In this document: piece by piece, positions 63,686 to 64,000 of the stretch | Position numbering within the stretch: the stretch's first letter is position 1 | How the letters are laid out: the number at the start of each line of letters is the position of its first letter | Origin: Lama guanicoe | Taxonomy: Eukaryota | Assembly (NCBI GenBank): GCA_013239625.1 | Contig: MU056050.1 | Location: forward strand, 5,031,366 to 5,095,365 | Direction: 5' to 3' | DNA: 64,000 nucleotides | Notes under the pieces: generated by a model | The model's database searches: none | What the model saw: the letters and a program-made list of their open reading frames with translations, nothing else | What the model was told of the DNA's origin: nothing | Program-made: the position numbers and the translations under genes

Positions 63686-64000
63686 TTCATTGGCCTAATG
63701 ACTCATATCAGGTATAATGACATTTTCAGTTTTAGTCCTATAAAACTACATGATGATTTAATGACCAATGTTTATATTTGAAGGATGATCTAACTAGAAA
63801 CCAAGTGTCCTGAATGTTGGTTTTTTAATGTTTTCTCTTTGGTGCTAATTTGTCATTTTTCTATAATTGAGGGCAGAAATTGTTTGGGTGTTCAGTAGCA
63901 ATTTGCCACATGTTTACTTAAGAGGGCATTTTTAGTGAGCTAAGGGGGCTGGAGTGGGTAGGGAAGGGGACTCTTTCAATAAATCTGGTTCTCTAGCACT

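Noticed and set aside
1..64000. CRISPR array, operon or other prokaryote-type system
   Set aside because: No regularly spaced repeat-spacer pattern and no gene-dense coding region; the sequence is mammalian repeat-rich DNA

Overview
AT-rich, CpG-depleted mammalian non-coding DNA (intergenic or a deep intron). I find no recognisable protein-coding gene, RNA gene, CpG island or prokaryote-type system. The window is dominated by transposon fossils. These include one near full-length, decayed LINE-1 (about 33.97-40.53 kb, minus strand), many truncated L1 pieces of different ages, L2 and MIR fragments, five solo LTRs (ERV1-like, MLT1 x3, LTR16A-like), and hAT/mariner MITEs (MER63, MER58A, MER33, MER5A, MER103-like, MADE2). 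A tRNA-Ala-derived SINE resembling camelid Vic-1, with no Alu, Bov-A/BovB, PRE-1 or Can-SINE seen, suggests a camelid genome. The only ORFs with recognisable homology are L1 ORF1/ORF2 remnants. I found no convincing novel biological system. The most notable oddities are a 30-nt short-range duplication joined to a perfect 15-bp hairpin, a probably artefactual or tandem assembly gap, all five LTRs on the minus strand, a candidate + strand micro-exon, and a few repeat-free motif-rich patches. Repeat family names come from recalled consensus sequences rather than a database search, and boundaries of old elements are approximate.
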